DNA of 64,000 bases from Minisyncoccota bacterium (GTDB lineage Bacteria; Patescibacteriota; Minisyncoccia; Phycocordibacterales; DASSSU01). Below, one piece after another: positions 62,784-64,000 of the stretch. The stretch's first letter is position 1. Each line of letters opens with the position of its first letter. A program made the translations under genes and the position numbers. The notes under the pieces are model-generated. The model worked only from the letters and a program-made list of their open reading frames with translations. It was not told the DNA's origin and ran no database searches. Location: positions 576-64,575 of the forward strand of contig DASSSU010000029.1 in the NCBI GenBank assembly GCA_035708305.1, written 5' to 3'.

Positions 62784-63920
62784 ATGGTTGCTCCTTTGGT
62801 AGAGAGCGTACCGCCGCAGCTTTATGGCGGAACTGAGCGGTTTGTGGCCTGGCTGGTAAATGCTCTTGTTGCCATGGGGCACGATGTGACTCTCTTTGCG
62901 AGCGGAGATTCACAAACTTCCGCCCGTCTTCACAAGTGTTCGCCGAAAAACCTTCGTCGTATGTACGAAGATCTCAAGGAAAAGCCTGCTGACTATATCG
63001 CATGGCAGAAACAAGCGACTCATGCGATGCTTCAGGAAGTCTTTAAGCACGTCATGAACGGCGAGTTTGATATTGTTCACTTAAATGTGGATGATCCCGA
63101 GGCTTTCAGACTCTTTTCTTCAAAAGAACTTCCATGTCCGGTGGTGATGACCATGCACGGACGCTTGGATCTTGAAGGATTGCGGGCAGCGTATCAGGAA
63201 CATCCGCTTCCGTTGGTTTCCATTTCGAACGATCAGCGGACGCATTTTAAAATGTCCAACGCCAACTGGGCGGGCACGGTATACCACGGCCTACCGGAAG
63301 ATCTCTATCAGCTGGAAAACGAAACACTGGGGGACTACTTGCTTTTCATCGGAAGAGTGAGCAGGGAAAAAGGATTGGAGAGTGCGATTCGGATTGCTGG
63401 TGAAGCGCACATTCCTCTGAAAATCATTGCCAAGATCGACCCGACGGATCGGGAGTATTATCGGGAGAAAATACATCCTCTCATTTTCGGCAATTCGAAT
63501 ATCGAGTTTGTTGGTGAGAAAAACGACCAAGAAAAACAGAAGTACTTGAACAGAGCACGTGCACTTATCTTTCCGATCAACTGGCCGGAACCGTTTGGCC
63601 TGGTGATGATCGAAGCCATGGCTACCGGCCGGCCGGTAGTCGCCTTTGGGTGTGGTTCTGTTCCAGAAGTATTGAAGCACGGTGAGACTGGCTTTGTGGT
63701 AGAAAAAGAAAATTACGAAGACAAAATCCGTGAGGCGATTCACTTTGTAAATGCCTGCAAAAATCTTTCTCCTCAAAAGATCCGCAAAATTTTTCTCAGA
63801 GATTTCACGGCAAAAAAAATGGCGGAAGGATACGTGGAGATTTATCAAAAACTTTGGCAAGAACGCAGAGCAGGACAAAAAACGCAGAACTTGTGGATGA
63901 AAAAAGGAAAAATTGTATAA
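62784..63920 (+). CDS. Glycosyltransferase family 4, tandem paralog 2
   Basis: It has the same architecture as paralog 1, and stretches of near-identical nucleotide sequence (for example ccgtttggcctggtgatgatcgaagccatggctaccggccggccgg). Confidence 0.75.
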   Translation: MVAPLVESVPPQLYGGTERFVAWLVNALVAMGHDVTLFASGDSQTSARLHKCSPKNLRRMYEDLKEKPADYIAWQKQATHAMLQEVFKHVMNGEFDIVHLNVDDPEAFRLFSSKELPCPVVMTMHGRLDLEGLRAAYQEHPLPLVSISNDQRTHFKMSNANWAGTVYHGLPEDLYQLENETLGDYLLFIGRVSREKGLESAIRIAGEAHIPLKIIAKIDPTDREYYREKIHPLIFGNSNIEFVGEKNDQEKQKYLNRARALIFPINWPEPFGLVMIEAMATGRPVVAFGCGSVPEVLKHGETGFVVEKENYEDKIREAIHFVNACKNLSPQKIRKIFLRDFTAKKMAEGYVEIYQKLWQERRAGQKTQNLWMKKGKIV

Positions 63921-64000
63921 CAAAATTGTAAACCCCGAGCAAAAGCTTCTGGGACCGCAAGAGATAATTCAAAGATGTTCAAAAATAAAACCACCCCGCG

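Overview
This 64 kb window looks like a streamlined, AT-moderate bacterial chromosome with a CPR/Patescibacteria-like flavour. The supporting observations are divergent rRNA, no Shine-Dalgarno use on core genes, a split transketolase, and a minimal pentose-phosphate set. Major content, in order:
- Ribosomal proteins L10 and L7/L12.
- A complete but unusual rRNA operon. The 16S carries a ~100-nt expansion in helix 40 and has no canonical CCUCC tail. The 16S-23S spacer is 1.08 kb, has no tRNA, and carries its own promoter, a boxA-like motif and hairpins. 23S and 5S follow.
- Housekeeping genes: lepA, gatB, gap-rpiB-rpe-tktAB, pyrH, an S9A peptidase, tsaC, prmC, miaA, class Ia nrdAB, topA, relA/spoT, obg, a P-type ATPase, and rpmB plus a Cys-less L36.
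- A cell-envelope locus: a polysaccharide deacetylase-GT2 fusion, a DPBB protein, two Rpf-like transglycosylase paralogs, an M15 carboxypeptidase, a DUF2334-like deacetylase, and sugar-transferase/GT4 genes.
- An alpha-glucan-type module: a GDE-like hydrolase divergent from two tandem GT4 paralogs.
- An orphan ParB-CTPase with a long disordered tail, a hybrid histidine kinase, and a SET-domain protein.

The most unusual signal is non-coding. There are at least three families of nested palindromic elements, with conserved cores and co-varying stems, sitting exactly at gene 3' ends. Separately, a 17-nt hairpin in the rplJ leader is identical to a 23S rRNA hairpin. No CRISPR, integrase, transposase or prophage block was found. 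Many track ORFs are antisense or intra-rRNA artefacts.
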